Shown here in pieces: positions 46,837 through 57,711 of a stretch of DNA of 57,773 nucleotides. The notes beneath the pieces were generated by a model, which made no database searches, was not told the origin of the DNA, and worked only from the letters and a program-made list of their open reading frames with translations. Position 1 is the first letter of the stretch, and each line of letters starts with the position of its first letter. The DNA is from Fonticula alba ATCC 38817 (Eukaryota; Protista; Nucleariida), in NCBI GenBank assembly GCA_000388065.2, contig KB932202.1; one strand, written 5' to 3'. Position numbers and translations under genes: made by a program.

Positions 46837-47104
46837 GCGCCTCCTGCTGGGCGTGTTTTCTGTTTGCGCTTGGCAGCCGATCGGGCCAGCCCCCCGGGTG
46901 AACATCGGGCCGAGCTCTCTTCTTTTGTGCCACCACACCCGACATCCCACGCCGCGACCGGCCATCCATCCATCCAGCCAGCCCTCCCGGCCGCCGCGTC
47001 CTTTCCTCCGCTCTGCTTCTCCCTCTCAGCCTCCGGTCCCCCTCGCCCTACCCCTCCTCCGCCTGACACCCCTGCCGCACATTGTGCACTACACAGGTGC
47101 CGCT

Positions 47105-50100
47105 ATGCCGCCAAGGAGGGCCAAATCCGCCGGCCAGGCAGACTCGGCCGCCGGCCGGCCACGCCAACAAACCCTGCTGGAGCTCAGCAAGCTCGAGCAA
47201 CAGGCCGTGACCCCTGCCATTCCGGACGAGCCAGCCAAACGACCCCGCCCTGGGGATGTCATCCCACCCATCACTGGGGCTGCGACTTCTCAGGACCAGC
47301 CCCGGCGTAGCGCCCGCTCTCGGGCCGCCCCGCGCCGGCTGCTGGCCCGCCTCCAGGACACCAGCCCCGAAGAAGAAGAAGAAGAAGAAGATGATGATGA
47401 TGATGACACCGACCACGATGACGATGTCACTGATCAGACCCGCCTGGATGGCACCTCCAGCGACTCCGGATCCTCGACTCCCTCCCCCTCGGACGACGAG
47501 GATGGGGACAAGGGCGGGGGTCGCGGCCGTCGGGCCGCCTCGGCCGGTGTCGCCGCCGCAACCCCTCCCAAGCCCCGTAAGACTCCGGGGGCCCCCTCTG
47601 CCAAGCCAGAGAAGCTCCGGTTCCCGGTGTCCGTTGCTCAGCCCCTTCACTTGGCCTGCCTTTGCCTTCCCCGGCCGGTCGTGGAATGTGCCAACTAACA
47701 CCATCTGCCCCTGGGCGCAGATCGCTCACCCTGAGCAAGACCTCCAAGATGGAGGACTTCCCCGCCTTCAACCATGAGGACGAGGCGTCCTTCAATCCTC
47801 TTCACCTGGCAGCACGCCTGCTCTTGGAGAAGTACCCGGGCCTCCGGGTTACGCGTACGTGCTTTCCCCCCTCCTTGCTCCTCCTCTCCCCCGGCCGGTG
47901 TCCCCCCTCCTTGCTCCTCCTCTCCCCCGGCCGGTGTGCTATCTGCCTTCACCTGCGCCCACCTCCGGCCATGCGTGGCTTCTGATGGCTGGATCCGGGC
48001 ACACTAACCCCGGCTGCTGCAGTTCCCTTCCGAGCGGCCAAAACCAAGAAGAACCCCATCCAATGCCCGATCATGGGTTGCAACAAGGAATTTACCACAC
48101 ACCTGGGGATGAACTACCACCGGCAGTCACACCTCCACTCGCTGGGGGATTTTCTCAGCGCCGCCCACACGCATTTGTCCCTTTCGCCATCTCAACTCCA
48201 CAGTATGTATCCCCTCTCCAGATCGGAAGAGCACACGCAAAACCAAGAAGAACCCCATCCAATGCCCGATCATGGGTTGCAACAAGGAATTTACCACACA
48301 CCTGGGGATGAACTACCACCGGCAGTCACACCTCCACTCGCTGGGGGATTTTCTCAGCGCCGCCCACACGCATTTGTCCCTTTCGCCATCTCAACTCCAC
48401 AGTATGTATCCCCTCTCCCTGCTGGCAGCTACCTCCTCCGAAGTGAAATCACTCATGCTCTCTCTCCCCTCCCCTCGGTTGTCCATATGCTCTCTCGCTC
48501 TCTCTTCACAGGCTACCTCACTCGAGTGGGGGACTCCGTGCTGCAGGTGAATTTCGAGGTGACCGGCATGTTTCAGGCCTGTCGGACATTGGATTTCATC
48601 ATTGGCGAGCATACGGCCGTTGAGCTGGCCTCCCCCAACCGGAAGCGCCCCCGGCCGCGGCAGTTTGCAACGGTCCGCTCGCCGGCCGACCTGATCGCCA
48701 CCGGTGAATTGGCCGGCACCGGCCTGGCAGACATGTCGCCGGTTGACTCGCAGTCCGGACGGGCACCCCTCCCGCTGGCCCTGCTACAGGGAGTGGTCAC
48801 CATGACCCGGCCGCAGCTGAACAAGTCCAGCCTGCCCCCGGCCCTGACGTCGATTGTCTTTCATTCACCGGTTCCCCGGGCCACGCGCAAGAATTTGATC
48901 GAGCTGGTGTCGCGATCGTCGAAGGTGAATTTGCAGGCGGCTGTCTGGCGCGCACGCCGGAAGCCGGTGGACTCCTTCCATGTGGGCCCGATGGCCGGAA
49001 CAGCCCCCGCCACAGGGCGCACACCTTTCCCGGGGCTCGTGTGCTCCCGGGGATCGGTCTCGCTGCCGGCATCGGAAACCGTGGCGTACGCCGGACCCTC
49101 CTCGCGGCTGCTGATGCGCCTCCGATTGTTGCTTTCGGCGTCTGACCCCCTTTTGCCATGCCTCTCTTTCGGCCCCTGCTTGCCCCCTCTGCTGCTTGCT
49201 TCTGCGGAAAAAAAAAAAAAAAAAAAAAAAAAAACAATAGCGCGGTGGCCGACGTCCTCTCGGCCCGGCCAGCCCCCTCCTTCTCGCTGACCTCGGTCGA
49301 GACCCTCCCCGGGGCCAAGATCCTCGGCATCAACAACCCGAAGATGGCATATGCACTCCCGCCCCTTTCGGCCCTGTCATTGGATCCCCTCGCCCAGTCG
49401 ATCGTCAATGCGGGTGGCGACATCCGCTCCCTTGCCTGGGCGCCAGTGGCACATCGTGCGTCTGCCAGGCCCATCTCCCCGCTCCTTCCTCGGGTCCTCC
49501 TCTCCTGCCCACAGCCCCCCACTGCTGGCGACAATATCCCATGGCTGGCCTGGTGCTGACACCCTCCGTGCGACGCTGTGCCCATCTCCCCCGGCCCCTC
49601 GCCCCCCCCCCCCCCTCTCTCCCTTCCGATACCTCGACACCCAGGCGATCATGCTCCGCTGCTTGCGGTGAGCGCCACCCCGGCGTCACCCTTCACCGAC
49701 GTCGAGCCGCAGCTGAGCTTCTACGACTTTTGTGACCAGCCGGGCTTGATTCAAATTTGGAGCACCAGGTACTGACTCGCCTTGCGGTCCATGATGCGCT
49801 CTCAATCGCGGCCCTGCTAATGCCAACCCCACCCCCATGATGACGCCTCCACCAGCGACACTCCCACTTTGCAGATGTGCATCTCCCACTCCTCGGGCAT
49901 CTGCTGTGATATGGCATGGTGCCCGGCGCCCTTTGGCTCGGACCTCACGCAAGACCAGCCGCCAGCCGACCCCGACGATCGGTCCACCTTTCCGCGTCTC
50001 GGACTGTTGGCATGCGCCTTCTCCGATGGCACGATCAAGATCTTCTCGGTCCCCTGCCCTCGAGCCCTCCAGACATCGTGGACCTCCTTCAATGCCTCGC

Positions 50101-51558
50101 TTCACCCCACCCTCCGGTGTCCTGGTGCGCACTCCGGCACCCTTTTTAGCCGACTTTTCCAGCGGGCGGAGGGGATGCTGTGCACCCTGCTTCCCTGATT
50201 TGTGGCTTACTCTCAGCGCCCTTGTCTGCCAGTCATTGCCCTTGTGCCAGTGCGTGATGTCCCGCTCTCCGGGGTATCGGCCGACGATTTGATCAATGGC
50301 CGGGCACCGCCGCATGCGTCGGGCCTTTGCCTTTCCTGGCACACCCACACCGATGGGGCCCTTCTGGCAGCCGGCTTGTCATCCGGCTTCGTGGTGGTTA
50401 TTTCCCTGGATGCGGACTCGGCGCCGTTGGACACCGCAGACCGGGATCCAGCCTCCGAGGCAGCCGCCACGCGCCGGACCTCCGAGTCGCTGCTGGACGT
50501 GGCCGCATGCTTCCGCGCGCACCTCAAGGCGGTCCGGGCGCTGAGCTTCTGCCCCTTCGATGGCACCAAGCTCCTGACCGCCTCCGATGAGGGGGCCACT
50601 GCCATTTGGGACATCACCATCCCCAGTGCCCCACTGACCATGACCCGCGCTCGTTGTACGTGGCACCCGGCCAGGCTGGCCATCTCCCGCGACTCTCTGT
50701 CGCCCCCATCACCGACGTTGTTGATCTCCCTGCCTGCCTCGCCTTTCTCGCCTCCTCTCCTCTTTTTGTCAACTGACCGGTTTGCTGCGCAACGGGTGGT
50801 GTTTGGCATCGCCAGCTATCAGCCAAAGCGTCGGCTGGACCCTCCTGCCCATGGGGTTTTATTATGCCGAGGATTCCTTCCTCAATGTGTGCTCCTTCGA
50901 AGACTCGATCACCTCGTTGTCCTTCACTCGGCAACTGGAGCACTCGGGCAGCTTGATGGTGCGCATGCCCTCGCCGACCTATCGACTGTCCTTATCACGC
51001 ACGCACGCACGCATGCACGCGCAATTACTTTGAGACTGATGTTGCAAGTGTGGAAAAAAAACCATCACACCCGCTGGCACATCTTCTTCCCCAGTCATCG
51101 GATGTCTCCACCGATCATGGTGTCATCGCATCGGTCGGCTCCGATGGTGTCCTCCAGGCCATGGTCAACCAGACATACATGCGGCACAAGCTCCCCTCGG
51201 TGGCCCTGCTGTCGCTCACCCCCTGCCTGCCGACTCCGGAGCAGCGGACCTCCCAACAGTTTGTTCCAAACCATTGGCGCATGCAATTGGGCATGCGAGA
51301 GGTGCTTATTTGCCTCCAGACATACACACACACACACATCCTGCCTGCACACCTCAACGGCCCGCTTCTTTTTCACCTCTCCCAAGGACTGACCATTCCA
51401 TCATGCGCGGATGACATCCCCCACAGGCGGAAAAACCCTCCAAGGAGGTGGTCTTCCACCCGGGCCAGTGCTGGACGAGCGTTCGCTGGGCCGCAACCGG
51501 GCCACTGCTCGCGGCCGGGTCCGGCCTCGGCACGGTGCACATCATTCGGCTAACCTGA
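47105..51558 (+). CDS. GTF3C2: TFIIIC subunit 2 (GTF3C2 / Tfc6 / tau91): acidic low-complexity N-terminus, C2H2 finger, WD40 propeller
   Basis: IVNAGGDIRSLAWAP, LAVS...GLIQIW, HSSGICCDMAWCP, RLGLLACAFSDGTIKIFSVPCP, LAAGLSSGFVVV, CFRAHLKAVRALSFCP, and a terminal VRWAATGPLLAAGSGLGTVHIIRLT*; these match the GTF3C2/Tfc6 WD40 pattern. Confidence 0.88.
47865..47936. repeat. Perfect 36-bp tandem duplication in a GTF3C2 intron
   Basis: tcccccctccttgctcctcctctcccccggccggtg occurs twice in tandem. Confidence 0.95.
48039..48418. repeat. Perfect 181-bp direct duplication (48039-48219 and 48238-48418), probably an assembly artefact
   Basis: Identical copies separated by an 18-nt adapter-matching spacer. 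Confidence 0.95.
48220..48237 (+). other. Illumina TruSeq read-1 adapter contamination (AGATCGGAAGAGCACACG)
   Basis: 18/18 match to the start of the standard adapter AGATCGGAAGAGCACACGTCTG, exactly at the duplication junction. Confidence 0.95.
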
Positions 51559-51850
51559 CGAATACATACCCACACACCCGCAGGGCCCTTCCCCCTCCCT
51601 TGGGAGACTCCTGCCGGTTGGAAGCCCGACAGCTGAGTAAATTGCACCACACACTGCCCATGTATCCATCGGAGTAGGAGGGGAGCGACGCGAGGGCAGG
51701 AGGCGCAGAATAATGCCGTATATTGCATGCATGCGTGTCTGTGTTTGCTCGTGCATGTACATGCGTGGGCGTGTGCATGATTCGCGGTCGGCGGCTGGCG
51801 GGCAGACACATGCGTCTGTGGCCACGCCCCGCTCCGGTGGACGCCACGCA

Positions 51851-54706
51851 TCAATCCCACAGCTTGATGGTGGAATCCCACGAGCAGGTGACCACCTTAC
51901 TGGTCTCATGCGGCAGCCAGGCGCAATCGATCAACGTATCGTTGTGGCACTTGAGCACCCTGTGGTGTGTGTGAGCCAGGCGCGGGGGGGGGGGGGGGGG
52001 GGGNNNNNNNNNNNNNNNNNNNNNNNNNNNNNNNNNNNNNNNNNCACCACCGACGCCCTTCAGGGCACGGAGGAATTTGCAAAGAGAATCACCCTCGAGG
52101 GGGAGAGGAGGGAAGAGAAAAAAGGGAGCAAACAGGCCAGCTGATGATCCACGCACTTGACACTCTTGGAGGTCTTCCAGTCCCAGAACCAAAGCTGGCC
52201 CTTGGCATCGCCGGACATGATATAACGCCCGTCCGGGGAAAAGCCTGGCCGGCAGGCGTAGCCAGCAACATTGTGCCCGCGGAAGGTCTTGCTCCGGTGC
52301 GCCTGGAAGCGGTCCCGCGTGGAGTACACCATAATTTGGTTGTCCAGCGACTGGCCGGCCCACCACTTGCGGTTCGGGTGCACGGACACCGCGGCGATGG
52401 AGAAAAGCGACGGATCGGCGATGAACTTGATCACCACCGGGATGTTGTAGTCCCACACACGGATGGACTTGTCATCCGAGGTGGAGATGAACCTCCGGCC
52501 CTCATCGACGAAGGTCAACGTGTTCACCGAGTCCAAATGCTGGTCATACTCCTGGACGATCTTGCCCAGGCGTGAATCGTACTGGGCAGTGGACAGGGGA
52601 GAAGCCCCCCTTTCCCGGGTCAACAACATGAACGGGGTGTGCAGGAAGAAAAAAAAGACACGCGTGAAACGGGAAGATTGCGGCCGGGGGGAGGGGGGGG
52701 GACACAACGGTAACTCACCTGCACAATGCGCTTCTCAGCGGACCCGACCAGGAACTCGTCCTCATTCCGGGGATTGAAGGTGGCGCAGAAGGGGATCTTC
52801 GGGCTGGAGTAGGACGACAAGCATGCGCCGGTCTCCGTGTCCCAGATCTTGACCGTCCGGTCGAAACTGGCCGACAAGAAGCGCCGGCCGTCGGCTGTGA
52901 AATTGATGTCACGCACGGCCTTGCTATGGCCAAGGTAGGTGCGCATGCAGCGGCGATCGTCATACACCTGCCAGATCTGGTTGCAAGGCGGAAAAATGCA
53001 CAAGCACAGGGGAGGGAGGGGTGTCAGGCTCGAGTCCATGCGGACGCATGTGGCTGAGCGGTTGCCCCGGGAGGAGGGCGGAAAAGAGCCCCGGGAGGAA
53101 CCAAACAACGAACCTTAACCTTGCTGTCATTGCTGGCTGACAGCAGAAGGTGCCCGCTCTGGGGGAAGAGCCGGATGGCATTGATGCGGTCTGTGTGCCC
53201 GGACCAAGTGTGGATGAGCTTCTTCGGGAGATAAATGCTGCTCGGACCCTCACCGGTAAAGTCCACCCCAGTGTCCAGGGGAAGAGAGGTCCACGGGCGA
53301 CCCTGATAATCGCGCTCGGCCTTGCCGTGGAAAATGGTGCGCTCGGCGCCAGGTGCGGCGCCGCCGACCGCCGCCGCCGCTGGGGCCTGGACGGGCACGT
53401 ACGACGGCTTGACGCCCTCCAGCTCCTTTTGCACCATGGCCTGGTAGCAGGGGCGGGGCAGAGCAGCGGGACAAGGGGCAGCACGAGGTCAGCGCCAGTC
53501 ACATTTGTCCCCCACAAATATGGGCGGAAGGGGGACAGAGAGAGAGAGAGAGAGGGGAGGGGAGAAGGAGGGGGAAGAGCATGCAACAACTGACGCACCT
53601 CACGCTCGGCGGCATCAATGTGCACCAACTCACCGGTGTACCCAGCCCATGGGCCTTCGAAGGCATGTGGATTGGCAAAAACGTCGCCACGATCCTTGCG
53701 CTTCGGGCGAACTGGGCGCGAGGCTGCGTCGGTCTTGTTGTTGAGCCGGCCCGTAGCGTCAACGCCTGAGTAATGCGCATGTGTTAGAGCGACGGAAAGA
53801 GAGACATGTGAGAAGGGGGGCAGAGAGAGAGAGAGAGAAGGGCGAGAGGGCGGTGGCAACCGAATAGCGGCAAGCACAAATATGAATGGGAGCAATGGCC
53901 ATCGGCGTACCTCCGCTGGCAAGGGCCTTCGCCGCGTCACCGACGATGACTGTCTCACTTCCGGCCTGTGTCAGGGCAAAGCCGTGGGCAAGGAAGCTCC
54001 GACGCTGGCGCTCGAACTGGAAAAGATCCGTGGCCTCGCGACTGATTTTGCCTGCCGGCAGGGAAGGGGCAGGGGCAAGGGCATGGAGAGGGGAGTGTCA
54101 GCGTATGCATGCAGATGCATAGATGTGCGCGCGTCAACATGCCAGAGAGAGGTTGACAAGGGTACAGGAAGCAACAGAGGCACAGAGCCGCGCAGACAGG
54201 CAGATACACAGACACACAGAAAGAAAGAAGGAGGAAGGGGACCCAGAGACAGAGGCCGCGAAGAAGGAGACAAAGGGAGAACGGGATGTCCGGTTTGGGG
54301 CAGGTGGACACGCACCGGCGAAGGAGTTTCTCGTGGAGGTGGCAGCCGCGGGGCCGCCAGCCGCCGCCGCTGTCGACCCGAACGGCGTGATGGCATACTT
54401 GGCATTCGGATTGACGGCCAGCTCGATCTCCGTGCTGGATGTCCCCTGAGGATCGGCCGCCACCAGGGCAAGGATCGGCGCATGGTCCGTGGGGTTGATG
54501 CTCCGCATGGCCACCAGGCTGTCGGCCACCGCCTCGGCCACCGCCACGGCCGGGGTCAGGTTGACCGGGCGCGTGACAGCGTCGGCTTCGGCAGCCCGGC
54601 GCTTGGAGGCGGGCCCATCGACGCCCTGCTCCTGAGCGCGCTTGGTGGTGGGGACGCTATCGTGAGCCTGCTCGTCATCCGAGCTGTAGGCTTGGATGAG
54701 GTCCAT
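51851..54706 (-). CDS. CDC40: Pre-mRNA-processing factor 17 (CDC40/PRP17), WD40 second-step splicing factor
   Basis: MDLIQAYSSDDE; FQFERQRRSFLAHGFAL; FEGPWAGY; TIFHGKAERDYQGR; YLPKKLIHTWSGH...HLLLSASNDSKVKIW; CMRTYLGHSKAVRDINF; QEYDQHL; RVWDYNIPVVIK; GQSLDNQI; FRGHNVAGYAC; TSKVVTCSWDSTIKLWD*. Confidence 0.97.
52004..52044. other. Assembly gap (N run) in the last CDC40 intron
   Basis: N run after poly-G. Confidence 1.
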
Positions 54707-56276
54707 GGTGATGGCGCCGTGTAGAGGGAGAGGGGGGGGAGACTGGCGCGTGAAGCGAGGGCCGGGATGGCGGAAACCCGGGCGAAAAGTCGGGTTATGG
54801 AACGAGAGCAGGAGGCGGGCCGCGCGGAACAGAGGAGGGGGGCAGGGAGGGGCAGAGAGAGAGAGAGAGAGAGAGAGGAAGACAGAAAGGGGGGGGGGGA
54901 CGGGAAGGGCTGCCTGCGTCGAGTTGCCCTGGGCCTGGCTGCCGAGTCTCAAATGCCCCAACCCACAAGCGTGGGCGAGTGTTGCGCACGGGATGCATCG
55001 AGAGAGAGAGAGAGAGAGAAGGAGGCCGCCGAGATGGAGGCGGGAGGGACGGAAAAAAACAAATCGCCCGCGCGTGGAGCAACTTAGATGAGTCGCTGGT
55101 ACCAGCGCAAGCTGCCCCCTCCCGGTGGCCGGGACAGGATACGTGAACTGCACCGGGGGGCGGGGGGAAAAAAACAGCCGCTCAACGCGGGGGGAGCTCC
55201 GGCGGAAGTAGGCCCAGAGTACCAACGAATGTGCTGCCAACTGACAATTGTTCATCCGGTGATCGGAACTTCCGGTAGATGTTAGGGTTTATGTTTTCGG
55301 AATAATGGAGGGTGGATCTGGATGCAGGCGCCGGGGAACGAGAGGGGGGAGCAAGGCTGCGGACGAGCCTTAGAGAGGGGAGATTGCATGACTAGTGTAC
55401 ATGATGCGTGAAAGGGAGTGTACGTATATGCATGTGTGTGAGAGAGAGAGGGAGAGGGGGGTGTGGGGGACGGACAGGATGCGGGCCGTGCGCAACGCGA
55501 GGGCCCCTCCGCCAATCTGGCCGCTGGATGAGAAGGCCGCCAGGCCGCCACATAGTCGGCCGGGGAGGGGACTCCAGAACACCTCTACCCAGAATGGATG
55601 TCCCGCGCGAGAGGGGGAAAGTCCCCAAGGAGGGGGGGGGGGGGGGGGGGAGCCCGGCCGAGGGGGGGGTGAGCTGGGCCGCACGCACCACACGGCGTCC
55701 ACGTTTTTGCTTCGCAGGTGAATCTAGCCCGGGGCCCGGTGGTGGCTGACCCACACGCGCGCATGCGCGCGAGCACGCAGGAAGACATGACAGCAGGTCA
55801 ACCCTCTAATCCGCCGACGCGCCCCGCGCCTCCCGCAGGCAGCCTGGTGTCCTGGGACCACTGTCGATTGGTCGGCCGTTAGGGGGGGCGCGGGGGCGGG
55901 GCGGGACAGCGGTCCGGGGGTCCCCTGCGTGTGCTCGGGGCCTCCCAGGCTGCCAGCGTGCCGGCTCGGTGGCCAGCAACCCTGCTTCCGGCTGGCGGCC
56001 GTGGGCCGCGGGTCGCGCGCAAGTGGGCGGGGAGAGGAGGTGAACAAGGGGAGGTCCGAGGCGGAAGGAAGGGGGGGGGGGCGGGCAGGCAGCGAGATCG
56101 CTGGTTGAGGGCTTTCATGTCGCCTCCCCTGCGCCCGGGGGACCGGTAGACAGGGTGGGCATTTTTCCGCCACAATGCCTGGGGATGGGCTGGAAGCCGG
56201 CAGAAAGCCGAATCACACCACCCCCTCCCCCCCCCCTGCTGTTTTTCGCCTGCACCTCCCTCTCCTCCCTTACACC

Positions 56277-57322
56277 ATGTTCCCCGCCATGATGTCCCGC
56301 TTCGCCGTGTATGTCCCCTTCTCTCCTCCTCCCCCCTCTCTCGGCCTGCACTTCCGGGCGCTCGATCCTCCATCTGGCTTGGTAGGCGAGGGGATGCTTG
56401 TTGGCGCAAAAGACGCCGTCCCCCCATCCTTTTAGTCCCGGTCACCCTGACACTCTCGTGCCTTCCCCCCCCCCCTCCTCCGCGTTCCCCTCCGTCCTCC
56501 CTGGAACAACAGTGGCCGCTCTGCCACCGGCCTTGGTACGTCCATGCGCTGCTTGCGACCCTGATGCTGGGCATTCCTCCCCCCTCCCCCTCCCCTGACC
56601 CCCACCTCCCCACCTCTCCTCCTCTGCCAATAGGCCGCGCCATGATGTCCACCACCCCCCAGACCACCCTGGCCAAGTCCGCCGCCATGGGCCGCCCCAT
56701 GTCCCCGGATCTGTCCATCTACCAGCCCCAGATCACCAGCGTCATGTCTGGTCTTTACCGGATTACCTCGATCATCTTCGCCGGCACCTTCGTCCTGTCC
56801 ATCAACTACTTCGGTCTCACTGGTGCCCACGTCCAGAAGACCGTCAACGAGCTGAAGTCCCTGGACGTCAGCCCCGCTGTCTGGACCACCGCCAAGGCGG
56901 CCATCGCCCTGCCGATCACCTACCACTTCTGGAACGGCCTGCGCCATCTGGTGCGCACACCTTTTTTTGTCCCCCTCTCGCCCGGGGGCGACCTCTCCCT
57001 GCCCGTGGGTCGGTCCCGCGCCCCNNNNNNNNNNNNNNNNNNNNNNNNNNNNNNNNNNNNNNNNNNNNNNNNNNNNNNNNNNNNNNNNNNNNNNNNNNNN
57101 NNNNNNNNNNNNNNNNNNNNNNNNNNNNNNNNNNNNNNNNNNNNNNNNNNNCCACACCCATCGCAGATGTGGGACACCGGCCGCGGCTTCACCATGCCCA
57201 GCGTCTACAAGACCGGCTACGCCGTGATCGGCCTGACCTTCGCCTCGGCCGTTGGCCTGGCCATGCTCCCCTGCAACAAGGAGTGCTCCAAGAAGCAGGT
57301 CCCTGCCTCTCTCCAGAAGTAA
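56277..57322 (+). CDS. SDHC: Succinate dehydrogenase cytochrome b560 subunit (SDHC/Sdh3), 4 exons: 56277-56308, 56513-56535, 56634-56950, 57167-57322
   Basis: The exons join in phase to give MFPAMMSRFAVGRSATGLGRAMMS (presequence-like), RPMSPDLSIYQPQITSVMSGLYRIT, LPITYHFWNGLRHLMWDTG...VYKTGYAVIGL. Confidence 0.95.
57025..57151. other. Assembly gap (N run) in SDHC intron 3
   Basis: N run. Confidence 1.
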
Positions 57323-57689
57323 GAGCGCGCGTCTTCACAACAGAGCATGTGTGTTGAAGCCGGGGGGGAAAAAGAAAGAACGCCCACAAAATGCCGCCGC
57401 GACTGTGGAGACCCCCAGCCGTGGTGGCTCCTGCGTCCGTGTGGCAGAGCGCGCACCGTGTGACCACGCGTCTCGGGGCATGCGCGCACAAACACAAACA
57501 CCTACCACGCACACGTCACACATCCATCCACTTCAGACTCCGCTGGCCACATCACAGGCCCCACGCCGCCTCTCTTCCTCCTCCGCCTCCCTCCCGCGTG
57601 TGTGCGTGCACGCGTGGCCCTTCATGAAAAAGAAAACAAATACAGAGCCCCCATTCTCATGCGACCGATGCCGCTTGTGGCGATGGCCG

Positions 57690-57711
57690 TCATCGCTGAA
57701 ATTGCTGCTGC

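Noticed and set aside
48238-48418. Apparent tandem second C2H2 zinc-finger exon
   Set aside because: It is 100% identical to the first copy, out of phase, and joined by an Illumina adapter, so it is an artefact.
55614-55710. GGGGAAAGTCCCC resembling the RNase MRP P4 5' strand, with a downstream CCACACGG
   Set aside because: The complementary GGGGCT 3' strand is absent (GGCGTC instead) and the interval is too short and mostly poly-G.
55200-55770. NRF1-like GCGCATGCGC, ETS/GABP-like CGGAAGT and a telo-box (TTAGGGTTT) upstream of SDHC
   Set aside because: These are short motifs. GCGCATGC also occurs in intronic repeats elsewhere, and the cognate animal factors are not known to me in this lineage.
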